Assembly (NCBI GenBank): GCA_043740495.1
Contig: JAYUCF010000057.1
Span: 1-33,623 of the forward strand
From: a bacterium
GTDB lineage: Bacteria > Patescibacteriota > Saccharimonadia > UBA4664
Length of the DNA: 33,623 bases
Reading direction: 5' to 3'
Shown: piece after piece, positions 1-7,275 of the stretch
How the letters are laid out: the number at the start of each line of letters is the position of its first letter
Position numbering within the stretch: position 1 is the stretch's first letter
Notes under the pieces: generated by a model
What the model saw: only the letters and a program-made list of their open reading frames with translations
Database searches by the model: none
What the model was told of the DNA's origin: nothing
Program-made: the position numbers and the translations under genes

Positions 1-857
1 GCCATAGCTTCGACTATGGGAAGGCCAAAGCCTTCGAATCTAGAGGCGCTGACAAGCGCGGTGGCGCTGTCGAGCATTTGAGCGTATTCTAGGTCGCTGG
101 CACCATTCCAGAACGTGACACGATCCGTAAACGGGGCGGCCAGTGTTTTGAGGGCGGCGAGACGATCGGGGGTTCCCCGGCCGGGTAGGTGGAGGTGATA
201 ATCGGGCAGGTATTGTAGCGCCCGTATGAGCAGCTCGGCGTTTTTGTAGGGAAGAAGAGTCCCCATGAAGACGAGCTCGGGCTTGATTTTTCCATGAGCT
301 TTGCCCGGTCCCAGGTTGGGTGGAGCGTTATAGACAACCTCCACCGGACGGTCTGTGAGATGATGTTTGAGAATATCTTGTTTGGTAGTTTCACTCACGG
401 TCACTAGGAGATCGGCCCGGTTGAGTATGAGTCGTTGCGGCCAGTACACGCGGTGCATGAGCCACAGGAAAAAGCTGGGGGAGGCACCCAAATAGCCGGA
501 CAAGGCCGGGTGTTTGAACTCGCTTACGTGCTTGAGGGTGTAGAGTACCAGGTCGTGCAGGGTGAAGATGAGCTTGTAGTGGCGGCCGAAGCTTCCCATG
601 ATCTGCATGGGGCTGTAGACCACATCGACGCCAAGCTTGTTTAGCCTCAACGGCAGGAGTAGCTCGCGGGGCGACAGAGGGTTGTTCACTAGGACATAAG
701 GGACGTTTTTGGGCAGCATTTCGAGCTGGCGAAGATCATAAATGAGAACAGTGACCGGCGTGAGCTTCATGAGTGCTTCGAGTAGGTTGGCGCCGAACCG
801 ACTAATACCGTCATGATGCCCTATTTTTGTCCAGCGAGAGTCAAAAATTACATTCAT
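1..857 (-). CDS. Glycosyltransferase family 4 (GT-B fold); N-terminus complete, C-terminus cut by window edge
   Basis: Not in the ORF track because it has no stop in the window. Own translation from ATG (857-855): MNVIFDSRWTKIGHHDGISRFGANLLEAL...LLVTVSETTKQDILKHH...ELVFMGTLLPYKNAELLIRAL...LVSASRFEGFGLPIVEAM. The last segment is the start of the E-x7-E motif of GT4 enzymes. Listed ORFs 89..394(-) and 435..644(+) are off-frame shadows. Confidence 0.8.
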   Translation of the reverse strand, partial: MNVIFDSRWTKIGHHDGISRFGANLLEALMKLTPVTVLIYDLRQLEMLPKNVPYVLVNNPLSPRELLLPLRLNKLGVDVVYSPMQIMGSFGRHYKLIFTLHDLVLYTLKHVSEFKHPALSGYLGASPSFFLWLMHRVYWPQRLILNRADLLVTVSETTKQDILKHHLTDRPVEVVYNAPPNLGPGKAHGKIKPELVFMGTLLPYKNAELLIRALQYLPDYHLHLPGRGTPDRLAALKTLAAPFTDRVTFWNGASDLEYAQMLDSATALVSASRFEGFGLPIVEAM

Positions 858-891
858 ATTACCAATACTCTATCATAAGTAGGATAGGGGT

Positions 892-900
892 TGGTATAAT
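892..900 (+). promoter_or_regulatory. Extended -10 promoter element TGgTATAAT for GT4 gene (leaderless configuration)
   Basis: TG at 892-893 and TATAAT at 895-900. Only 6 nt (gaagtt) separate the hexamer from ATG 907, with no Shine-Dalgarno. Confidence 0.5.
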
Positions 901-906
901 GAAGTT

Positions 907-2106
907 ATGCGTATATTAATTGCCTCCGATCTTTACTGGCCCACAATGAATGGTGTTGCCACATTTGGGCGTAATCTGGCTCAAGGCCTGGCTGAGCGTG
1001 GTCATGAAGTGGTGGTGGTAGCCCCGTCCCAGACTGGCAAGAAATATGTGGAAACGGATGGGAACTATCGGGTGATGCGCACGGCTTCGGTGGTATTTCC
1101 GTTCTATCAGAATTTGCGAGTTTCCTTGTCGCCTAATCGCGAGATAAACGAAATTACTAAAAATTTTAAGCCCGACATTATCCATCTGCAAACCCCGTTG
1201 GGAGTCGGACTTGGGGCAATTGGGGCAGCCAAGAAATATCACGTGCCGTTGGTAGCTACAAATCACTCTATGTCCGAAAATTTGATCGACAACCTCAAGC
1301 TTTTGGCGCCATTTGCACGTCAGATTGATTACATTTTGCGGCAGTACGGGAGCCGGTTTTACGGTAATGCCGACTTCGTGACGCTACCGACGGTGGCCGC
1401 AATTAGGATGCTGAACCCAGGTTCCTTTGCTAAACCGTACGTTGCTATTTCCAACGGCATAGATCTGAAGCGGTTTCATCCGGGAACAGTGGCGAAGGAG
1501 TTTTATGAGCGGTACAACATTCCAATGGATAAGCCAATCGTGATGTATCTTGGGCGGCTAGATGCGGAGAAGCATGTATCGATATTGTTGCGGGCATTAC
1601 AACATTTGGATACAAAATTACCGTACCACGCGGTGGTTGTAGGGGATGGTAATGATTTGTCTCATCTCATGGAAGTAGCGACCGATTTGGGTTTGGAAAA
1701 GCGGGTAACGTTCGTCGGAAGAATCGAAGAAGCTGATAAACCGATGATACTGCGGCTGGGAACTATTTTTGCAATGCCGTCGCCGGCGGAGCTGCAGAGT
1801 ATTTCCACGATGGAGGCCATGGCGAGCGGTATGCCGGTTGTGGCCGTGAATGCGGGGGCGTTGTACGAGCTGTGTCAGCACGAGCGTAACGGGTATTTAT
1901 TTGAAATAGATGATTATGAAATGATGGCCCGCGGTATTGGTATGTTGCTGGCTGATCGTGAGTTGGTTGAAACTATGAGCGCCCAGAGTAAGGAAATCGT
2001 GGCAAAACATGATCTTAGTGTGACCCTCGATAAATTTGAAGAATTATATGCCGGGGTGATTGCTCAGCGGGCTCCGGTAAAGTCGGAATTGTCGCAAGTA
2101 AGCTAG
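907..2106 (+). CDS. Glycosyltransferase family 4 (group 1 glycosyltransferase)
   Basis: 399 aa. N-terminus MRILIASDLYWPTMNGVATFGRNLAQGLAERGHEVVVVAPS is typical of the GT4 N-domain. The C-domain has FAMPSPAELQSISTMEAMASGMPVVA (E-x7-E region). Confidence 0.9.
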   Translation: MRILIASDLYWPTMNGVATFGRNLAQGLAERGHEVVVVAPSQTGKKYVETDGNYRVMRTASVVFPFYQNLRVSLSPNREINEITKNFKPDIIHLQTPLGVGLGAIGAAKKYHVPLVATNHSMSENLIDNLKLLAPFARQIDYILRQYGSRFYGNADFVTLPTVAAIRMLNPGSFAKPYVAISNGIDLKRFHPGTVAKEFYERYNIPMDKPIVMYLGRLDAEKHVSILLRALQHLDTKLPYHAVVVGDGNDLSHLMEVATDLGLEKRVTFVGRIEEADKPMILRLGTIFAMPSPAELQSISTMEAMASGMPVVAVNAGALYELCQHERNGYLFEIDDYEMMARGIGMLLADRELVETMSAQSKEIVAKHDLSVTLDKFEELYAGVIAQRAPVKSELSQVS

Positions 2107-2954
2107 CCGAGGAAGTCCGAGATGGCGTCGGACGCGGCGGCGGGCGTTTCGAGGTGTACAAGATGGCCGACTTTGGGAATCAAGATGAGCTCTGAACGGC
2201 TGATGGCGGCGTGGAGCTGGCGCTGAGAGCCGGCTGGGGCAATCGGATCCTGTTCGCCGGCAATGAGCAGGGTTTCTAGATGGATGCGGGCGGCATCGTC
2301 GAGAGCGGTCTTGGTGATGGAGGCGGCGAATGACTCGGCGATGGCGCGGGGGTGCTGAGCCTGATCGAGGTCGTCCAGATGGTGCTGGTACACGAGACGG
2401 CGCAATGCGGGGTCGCTGGTGCGGCTCAGCGATAGACTCATCGCTCGGTTGAAGAGGCGGCTGCCCAAAATCCACTGGCTGAAACCATCGGGGGTGTTCG
2501 TGCCCAGCCAGTAGTAGGCTTCCACGAGTTTGGTGACGGCGCCCTTGGCGCCAGTGCGGGGTGAGACAATGATCGGGTTGATTAGAATCAGTTTGGAGAA
2601 TAATTCCGGTTCTCGGGCTGCCAAATGGGCAGCCACAATGGTACCGAAGGAATGCCCCAGTAGTACCGGATGAGTTAGACCGGTGAGCTCCATGAACTGT
2701 CGGGCAAAATCGCTGTAGCCGTCGATGTCGTGGGGGCGATCGGTCATCGGCTGAGATTCGCCAAATCCGGGCAGGTCGGGGACCACAATCCGGTAACCGC
2801 TGAGGCCGGCAATGATGTACTTCAACCCTTGATGGTTACCCCGGAAGCCGTGCAGCATGAAGATGGTCTGCTGCTGGGTGGGATTATAGACCCAGTATTT
2901 CGTCTGGCTGCCGAAAATATCCAGGCTCAAGGCCTGAGAGTCTGACGGCTTCAT
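2103..2954 (-). CDS. Alpha/beta-fold hydrolase
   Basis: 283 aa. It has the HGFRGNHQG oxyanion-hole region, the nucleophile elbow GHSFGT (G-x-S-x-G) and a C-terminal GHLVHLE histidine. It converges on the GT4 gene with a 4-nt overlap. Confidence 0.85.
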   Translation of the reverse strand: MKPSDSQALSLDIFGSQTKYWVYNPTQQQTIFMLHGFRGNHQGLKYIIAGLSGYRIVVPDLPGFGESQPMTDRPHDIDGYSDFARQFMELTGLTHPVLLGHSFGTIVAAHLAAREPELFSKLILINPIIVSPRTGAKGAVTKLVEAYYWLGTNTPDGFSQWILGSRLFNRAMSLSLSRTSDPALRRLVYQHHLDDLDQAQHPRAIAESFAASITKTALDDAARIHLETLLIAGEQDPIAPAGSQRQLHAAISRSELILIPKVGHLVHLETPAAASDAISDFLG

Positions 2955-3150
2955 AGGGCGGCCAACGCGGATAGGGTGCTGCCGCTGGCGAGCCCGCCGA
3001 CATTAATCAGGTGAGCAGTTTTTTTAATGAGTTTCACGCCTTAGATTATATCACTTGGGCTAATATTCCCGGCGCAAACGCCCCGGCTACTCAACAGATT
3101 GAGAGGCCGGGGTGGTGCTATGGGACTGGACCGGGGGATAACAGGGTCAG

Positions 3151-3456
3151 TTACTGGTCGGCGGACTTGTGGTCCGATGGGTTGTCGGCCTCAGCCTCGT
3201 CGTGAAGATCGTTGTCATCGAGCTGGTCTTCGAGGTGGGGATTGGCGGAGGGCGTGATGGCCTCACCAAATCCGTCTTCTATGGCGCTCTCGGAGGGGCT
3301 CAGAGGCATCATTTCATCTTCAGACATGCCCTCCTCGGCAGTGTCCTCGGCGCCGATTCGCTCACCAAACTCGTCGAGCTCATACTCTGGTCCGTCGTAG
3401 ATACTTTCTCTCAAACCCGGGTCCATTCCCTCGTAATCAGTGAACTCCTGTTCCAT
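3151..3456 (-). CDS. Small highly acidic protein, FGERI-motif family (paralog 1)
   Basis: 101 aa, very D/E-rich. GGAGGTG Shine-Dalgarno lies 7 nt upstream of ATG 3456. It shares the motif DEFGERIGAED with ORFs at 8035..8262 and 10447..10653. Confidence 0.7.
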   Translation of the reverse strand: MEQEFTDYEGMDPGLRESIYDGPEYELDEFGERIGAEDTAEEGMSEDEMMPLSPSESAIEDGFGEAITPSANPHLEDQLDDNDLHDEAEADNPSDHKSADQ

Positions 3457-3632
3457 ACTCGCACCTCCACATTACGCTTTGAATGTTACGCCTAGCCTAG
3501 CGGTATGGCATTGTAGCCACCCCCAAAAAGCCAATGGAAATAACAGGAGTTTTTGGACATACCGTCGCTTTTTTCACAACAACACTTATGCTTCAATTAC
3601 AACATCTGAGCCGCGTATTGCAGCAGTAATAA

Positions 3633-3661
3633 TTGCGCAAACATCCCATATTTGCTATAAT
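3633..3661 (+). promoter_or_regulatory. Sigma70-type promoter of ssrA (-35 TTGCGC, 17-nt spacer, extended -10 TGcTATAAT)
   Basis: TTGCGC at 3633-3638, TG at 3653-3654, TATAAT at 3656-3661. The mature tmRNA 5' end lies 16 nt downstream, consistent with a short RNase P-processed leader. Confidence 0.6.
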
Positions 3662-3676
3662 CTGAGGGTAAATCGT

Positions 3677-4054
3677 GGGGCTGATCAGGCTCGACGTTGG
3701 GACTTTTACAAGCTATGTGCGCAGGTCGGAGGCAAACGTTAGATTCCATTAGTTAGCTTAACTGCCAACTTCATTTCGTGGGTGAAGGCTGCCTTTACGG
3801 TACCTTCATTCGCACCCGCTTACGCCTAATAACGTAAGCTATCGGCACCTGATTCCCGGTAGGGGTTCGTCGGTATCAAATCATCGGGACGCTCTTAGGG
3901 TTGGGCCTCTGCCCCTAAGCTAAGATCTGAGGATGCTCTCGTCACCGTTTGGTTTGCTCACAGGTGATGGGCTAAGACATGTAAGTAAACTAAGCCTGTA
4001 GTGCACTAGCGAGTAACCTGACGGACCGGGGTGCGATTCCCCGCAGCTCCACCA
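3677..4054 (+). ncRNA. ssrA: tmRNA (SsrA), one-piece, CCA encoded
   Basis: The 5' end GGGGCTGATCAGGCTCGACG resembles E. coli GGGGCUGAUUCUGGAUUCGACG. The 3' end has T-arm CGGGG(4027-4031)/TGCGATT/CCCCG(4039-4043) and acceptor strand CAGCTCC(4044-4050)+ACCA. The 7-bp acceptor stem includes a G3:U pair (alanine identity). The tag ORF starts at GCC 3764 (tmRNA nt 88) and ends TAATAA 3827-3832. The stops lie in the loop of hairpin GCTTACG/CGTAAGC (3818-3839), as in E. coli helix 5. Confidence 0.92.
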
Positions 4055-5558
4055 TAAGGGCATCTCTCGACAAAAGAGGTGCTTTTTTGGTGGTTGCTAA
4101 TCTGTAGAGAGGACTGATTTGGGTGGTGCTAACTTTTTTCATCGAGTCGAAGCGAATACCCGCAGGAAATAACAGTTGTTGGCACTCAGCCCTTGCTGAC
4201 TTGTCTAGGAGCCACCAATCCTCCTTCAGTTCATTCGCATATCCAAGCGCAAACTCAACGAATTCAATTAAGTCCTCCTGTAAATCGCTTTTATCTGCAA
4301 GTTTACCTTCAATCTCCGCCACCTCAGCTTTTATGGCTTGAATTTCATCCTGCAAGTCACTCTTTAAGAGTTCTGAAGCAGCAGCAAACTCCCTGAGTAA
4401 ATGAGATTTGCTTGTTCTGAGTGTGTCCAGGCGCTTAGATAGTGCAGTGGCTTCCGCTAGAGAGTATTCCTGTTCTTTGCCCCAAACAGCGGTCAAGGCA
4501 CCAATAAATTCCTTGAGTTGGGTCCCCGTATATTCAAATCGGGACAGGGTTTCTGTTAGAGCGTCATTTATCTCCTCGCGCTTGTATTGTTTACCGCAAT
4601 TTCTGCACCGATATTTTGGGTACTTACCTCCGTGCCCGTTTCCTTGAAAGGAGCCGGTAAATTTAGCGCCCTCTAAGCAGTCATGTTCAAGCAGGTTGTT
4701 CAAGGGGAACTCAGGATTATATTGTTGCCGCTTATATTGGCGAGTTTTTCTCCCATTCAAGATGGCGCAAATTGCGTTGTGTTGTTCAGGAGTTATCATT
4801 TTTTCATGCCTACCAACCTCGCAGCGTGCCTTTACTTGCCGATCCATTTGCACAATGCCGGCATAGTAGGGGTGCTTAATATACGTAAGAAACTTGTCGA
4901 TTTTCAGAGGTGCCCTGCGCTTCGTAAAATCACTTGAATTCAGTCGTTTTAGGGCCTCTGCGGGCGTTGCAAAGCCCGATGCAATATCCTGCAAAGCCGT
5001 TTGCAATGGTATGAACTCAGTTGGATGGGGGATATGCACCCCAGGCTCGTGGCCCTTCATGTACCCTGCCTTTGGCGGGAACGTGTATCTGCCTTCTCTG
5101 ATAGCTTTTTCGTGCCCCGATATAGACTTTGTTTGCCGTTCAAGGTTACTTCCTTCGGCGGCAAGGTACTTAGTGAATTTGAGCAACTTTGCTCCGAGGT
5201 CTGAAGTGTTGAGCGAAGGGTCGGAGGCGTACCAGACCTTTACCCCGAGCTGTCTAAATAGGACTTCAAAAAACGCTGCTTCATCGATTGAGCGCATAAA
5301 TCTGTCGGGCTCGTCTACTATCAGGTACTTAACGGATCTATGGAGTCTGCAGTATTCCAGCATTTGCTTTAGGTCTTTGCGGTTGACGTTAGTACCTTCT
5401 TTACTAGAAACGTCACCTGACCACCATCCGTCATCTGGTATTTCAGCGCCGAGTTCCGTGGCGGCCTTCAGAACGCTCTCTTCCTGGCGGTTTAAGCTAT
5501 TGTTGGACCTTTGTTCCGGTGTAGATACCCGGCACGCTGCTATAGCGAGTAGTTTCAT
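3990..5558 (-). CDS. Large serine recombinase (integrase of the ssrA-inserted element)
   Basis: 522 aa. N-terminal resolvase-type catalytic domain has MKLLAIAACRVSTPEQRS (catalytic Ser in RVST-x-x-Q) and VDEPDRFMRS. A recombinase domain follows, then a Zn-ribbon region (DCLEG...YRCRNCGKQY) and a long coiled coil (LQDEIQAIKAEVAEIEGKL). The 3' end overlaps the tmRNA 3' end. Confidence 0.9.
   Translation of the reverse strand: MKLLAIAACRVSTPEQRSNNSLNRQEESVLKAATELGAEIPDDGWWSGDVSSKEGTNVNRKDLKQMLEYCRLHRSVKYLIVDEPDRFMRSIDEAAFFEVLFRQLGVKVWYASDPSLNTSDLGAKLLKFTKYLAAEGSNLERQTKSISGHEKAIREGRYTFPPKAGYMKGHEPGVHIPHPTEFIPLQTALQDIASGFATPAEALKRLNSSDFTKRRAPLKIDKFLTYIKHPYYAGIVQMDRQVKARCEVGRHEKMITPEQHNAICAILNGRKTRQYKRQQYNPEFPLNNLLEHDCLEGAKFTGSFQGNGHGGKYPKYRCRNCGKQYKREEINDALTETLSRFEYTGTQLKEFIGALTAVWGKEQEYSLAEATALSKRLDTLRTSKSHLLREFAAASELLKSDLQDEIQAIKAEVAEIEGKLADKSDLQEDLIEFVEFALGYANELKEDWWLLDKSARAECQQLLFPAGIRFDSMKKVSTTQISPLYRLATTKKAPLLSRDALMVELRGIAPRSVRLLASALQA
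4060..4088 (+). terminator. Rho-independent terminator of ssrA, located inside the recombinase CDS (antisense)
   Basis: Stem GCATCTCT(4060-4067)/AGAGGTGC(4075-4082) with one G:U, loop CGACAAA, then TTTTTT 4083-4088. It begins 6 nt after the tmRNA CCA. Confidence 0.75.
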
Positions 5559-6038
5559 CTTTTGCCTTCAGAGCAGCAGTGGCAGCCCCTGGGGAACGCC
5601 GTGCGAGACGGCAACAGAGACTGCCACTGATGTTCAAAGCCGTAATATTCTCGCATGCTTGTTCCCATAGCCATTATTGCTCTATTCGTTTTTTTTCGAA
5701 AGATTTTTCTTTGATTCGTATCTCTTGTATAAGTAATTTGCCCATTCGTTCAGTTGTATTTTTGTGAGAGCCTTAGCTACGCGGGCTTGAGAGTTGTCTT
5801 CCGCATTCTTCTGTTTATAGCCGGAATCCTTACGCACGATGTCTCCACGCTATTGGTATAGCTTGGTGAGACTACCGCAAGGTATGGCTTATGCCGCTCT
5901 TGGCATCTACCTCACCCTAATGCGATTGCTCCGCAGCGCCCTTTGCAGGGGTGTACCTTGGTCGCTCTAGGGCACAGTTAATGTAACGTAATTATTATGC
6001 CCCCGCTTGATAATTACAACTTAATATAAAATGTCTGT

Positions 6039-6422
6039 ATGGGGCAAAATGAGACAATTATGATGCTAAGTTCACAACAGCGGTTGTTTATCGACTATCT
6101 GGCGGCAGGTCAAATAGATGTCGATGGAAACAAACTAACATATGAGGAATTCGCAAAGGTGCTTGGGGTAAATCGTAAGACGTTATATCGGTGGAAAGAA
6201 GAGATTCCTGGCTTCTGGGACTACGTAGCCAAACGCTCAGCCTACTTCGTAGCTAGATACGTGCCGAAAATCCATCAAGCATTGTTAGTTAGAGCGCTGA
6301 AAGGTGACGTAGGTGCTGCGAAATTATTGCTTAACCAGGCGAGCGTTCTTAGGCCGTTACCCTCCTCCAAGAATATCGGCTATCTGACCGTAACAATCGA
6401 TGAGGTACTAAATAAGGCCTAA
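6039..6422 (+). CDS. Helix-turn-helix DNA-binding protein, small-terminase/phBC6A51-like (possible regulator or directionality factor)
   Basis: 127 aa. LSSQQRLFIDYLAAG...TYEEFAKVLGVNRKTLYRWKEEIPGFWDYV is an HTH. The following ALLVRALKGDVGAAKLLLNQ resembles the helical tail of TerS-like HTH proteins. Family assignment is from memory only. Confidence 0.55.
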   Translation: MGQNETIMMLSSQQRLFIDYLAAGQIDVDGNKLTYEEFAKVLGVNRKTLYRWKEEIPGFWDYVAKRSAYFVARYVPKIHQALLVRALKGDVGAAKLLLNQASVLRPLPSSKNIGYLTVTIDEVLNKA

Positions 6423-6976
6423 AAACATGGAGTTGGGTTCTGCGCTCCAAAGGCATTTGGAAAGCACATAATGGGGGCTGGCCGAGTATAAGTCTGCTGC
6501 TGTCTCGTTCCAATAATTTCCTCAGCGGCCTTAGGCTGCAATGAGACCCAACTATCAATTTCAGTTTTACTTACTTGAATATTCCCGCGATAAGTAACTC
6601 TATAGCGGTGCATCTTAATTCCGGTCTCTGCTGTCGATGTAAAACTTGAGTAGCTTGAGTCATAAAATTGGCTGTAAGTAATAATTGGGTCGCCTGGATA
6701 TATAGTTTCCTTTTCATCGACATTTACTGAGTGCTGAATATTAAGCACTTCTTGAGCCTTGGTCCAGGTATCATTAAGTATTTTTTCGCCGTATGCACTT
6801 CTTGAGAATAAAAGCGCTACTAATATCGCTAAAACCGCTATACCGGCAGCTAAGAGGGGTTTTCGTGACCTTTTCCGCTCTATTATTTGAGTCTGTTGCC
6901 CACATTGAGCGCAGAATTTGGCATGCTTTTTTACGGTATGTCCGCACTTCGCACATTTTGTTCTTGAGAGAGGCAT
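6419..6976 (-). CDS. Zinc-ribbon / single-pass membrane protein with G5-like extracytoplasmic domain
   Basis: 185 aa. N-terminus has CAKCGHTVKKHAKFCAQCGQ (C-x2-C...C-x2-C). A basic stretch precedes TM helix LLAAGIAVLAILVALLF. The C-terminal segment HRYRVTYRGNIQVSKTEIDSWVSLQPKAAEEIIGT resembles a G5 domain. The gene is low in GC. Confidence 0.6.
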   Translation of the reverse strand: MPLSRTKCAKCGHTVKKHAKFCAQCGQQTQIIERKRSRKPLLAAGIAVLAILVALLFSRSAYGEKILNDTWTKAQEVLNIQHSVNVDEKETIYPGDPIITYSQFYDSSYSSFTSTAETGIKMHRYRVTYRGNIQVSKTEIDSWVSLQPKAAEEIIGTRQQQTYTRPAPIMCFPNAFGAQNPTPCF

Positions 6977-7110
6977 ATTATATCGTTAATGCTTTGACCA
7001 AAAGTATCTATGTAAAGCGTTGTTTTAGCAATACAAAGGCAGTTTAACTTGCGGTGTTAAAGCACTTTGAAGGCCCCCCTATAGAATCCCTTGGCTCGCG
7101 CATAGGGTAA

Positions 7111-7275
7111 GTAGGGGAAGGCAGTATCGTTGGGTGCGAATCCTCTATGTGAGTCACCAAGTAGGAAGGTGGGATTCGCTGAGAATCTGTCTTTTGTACT
7201 GCAAGTTTAGAAATGACCTCCAGCGAGCAACCTCATTGAGCAAAGGGTGCCAACTATCAACCACTTGCTCCACCA
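7111..7275 (+). repeat. Degenerate duplicate of the tmRNA 3' portion (candidate displaced native ssrA 3' end / attR side)
   Basis: Short blocks are colinear with the live tmRNA. GTAGGGG 7111 vs 3859. GTATC 7124 vs 3873. GTCACC 7153 vs 3941. AGCGAGcAACCT 7222-7233 vs AGCGAGtAACCT 4008-4019 (11/12). GGGTGC 7245 vs 4029. GCTCCACCA 7267-7275 vs 4046-4054 (9/9). In addition GGGTGCGAaTCC 7132-7143 matches the T-arm GGGTGCGAtTCC 4029-4040 at 11/12. No intact T-arm can be folded in the copy. Confidence 0.5.

Larger units (their letters stand above)
3990..7110. mobile_element. Small integrative element inserted in the 3' part of ssrA (minimal extent; junctions unresolved)
   Basis: A serine recombinase abuts and overlaps the tmRNA 3' end. 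GC is visibly lower than the flanks (roughly 40% by eye around 6450-7050 versus much GC-richer flanks). A degenerate duplicate of the tmRNA 3' portion lies at 7111-7275. The left junction could be anywhere from about 3859 to 4019 and the right junction from about 7110 to 7233. Confidence 0.65.

Noticed and set aside
3068-3112. Two overlapping GC-rich hairpins (3068-3086 and 3081-3112) between the acidic-protein gene and the hydrolase gene, as a possible attenuator
   Set aside because: There is no T-run on either strand and no leader peptide or known riboswitch signature. It may simply be a weak terminator or stabiliser; I note it but cannot support it.
3732-3752. Alternative tmRNA tag frame GCA AAC GTT AGA TTC CAT TAG (ANVRFH)
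   Set aside because: It starts at tmRNA nt 56, too early relative to the usual resume position. Its non-hydrophobic end and single stop are not in a helix-5-like hairpin. The 3764 frame fits all three criteria.
4894-5670. 258-aa ORF on the plus strand, antisense to the serine recombinase
   Set aside because: It is Ser/Leu/Cys-rich low-complexity sequence typical of an antisense shadow frame. It lies fully inside a gene with clear family motifs and has no ribosome-binding site or recognisable domain.
7132-7159. Possible tRNA gene ending in ...GAGTCACCA, with a T-loop-like GGGTGCGAATCC
   Set aside because: No cloverleaf can be drawn: there is no complementary T-stem 3' strand and no acceptor 5' strand. 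I interpret it as part of the degenerate tmRNA 3' duplicate.
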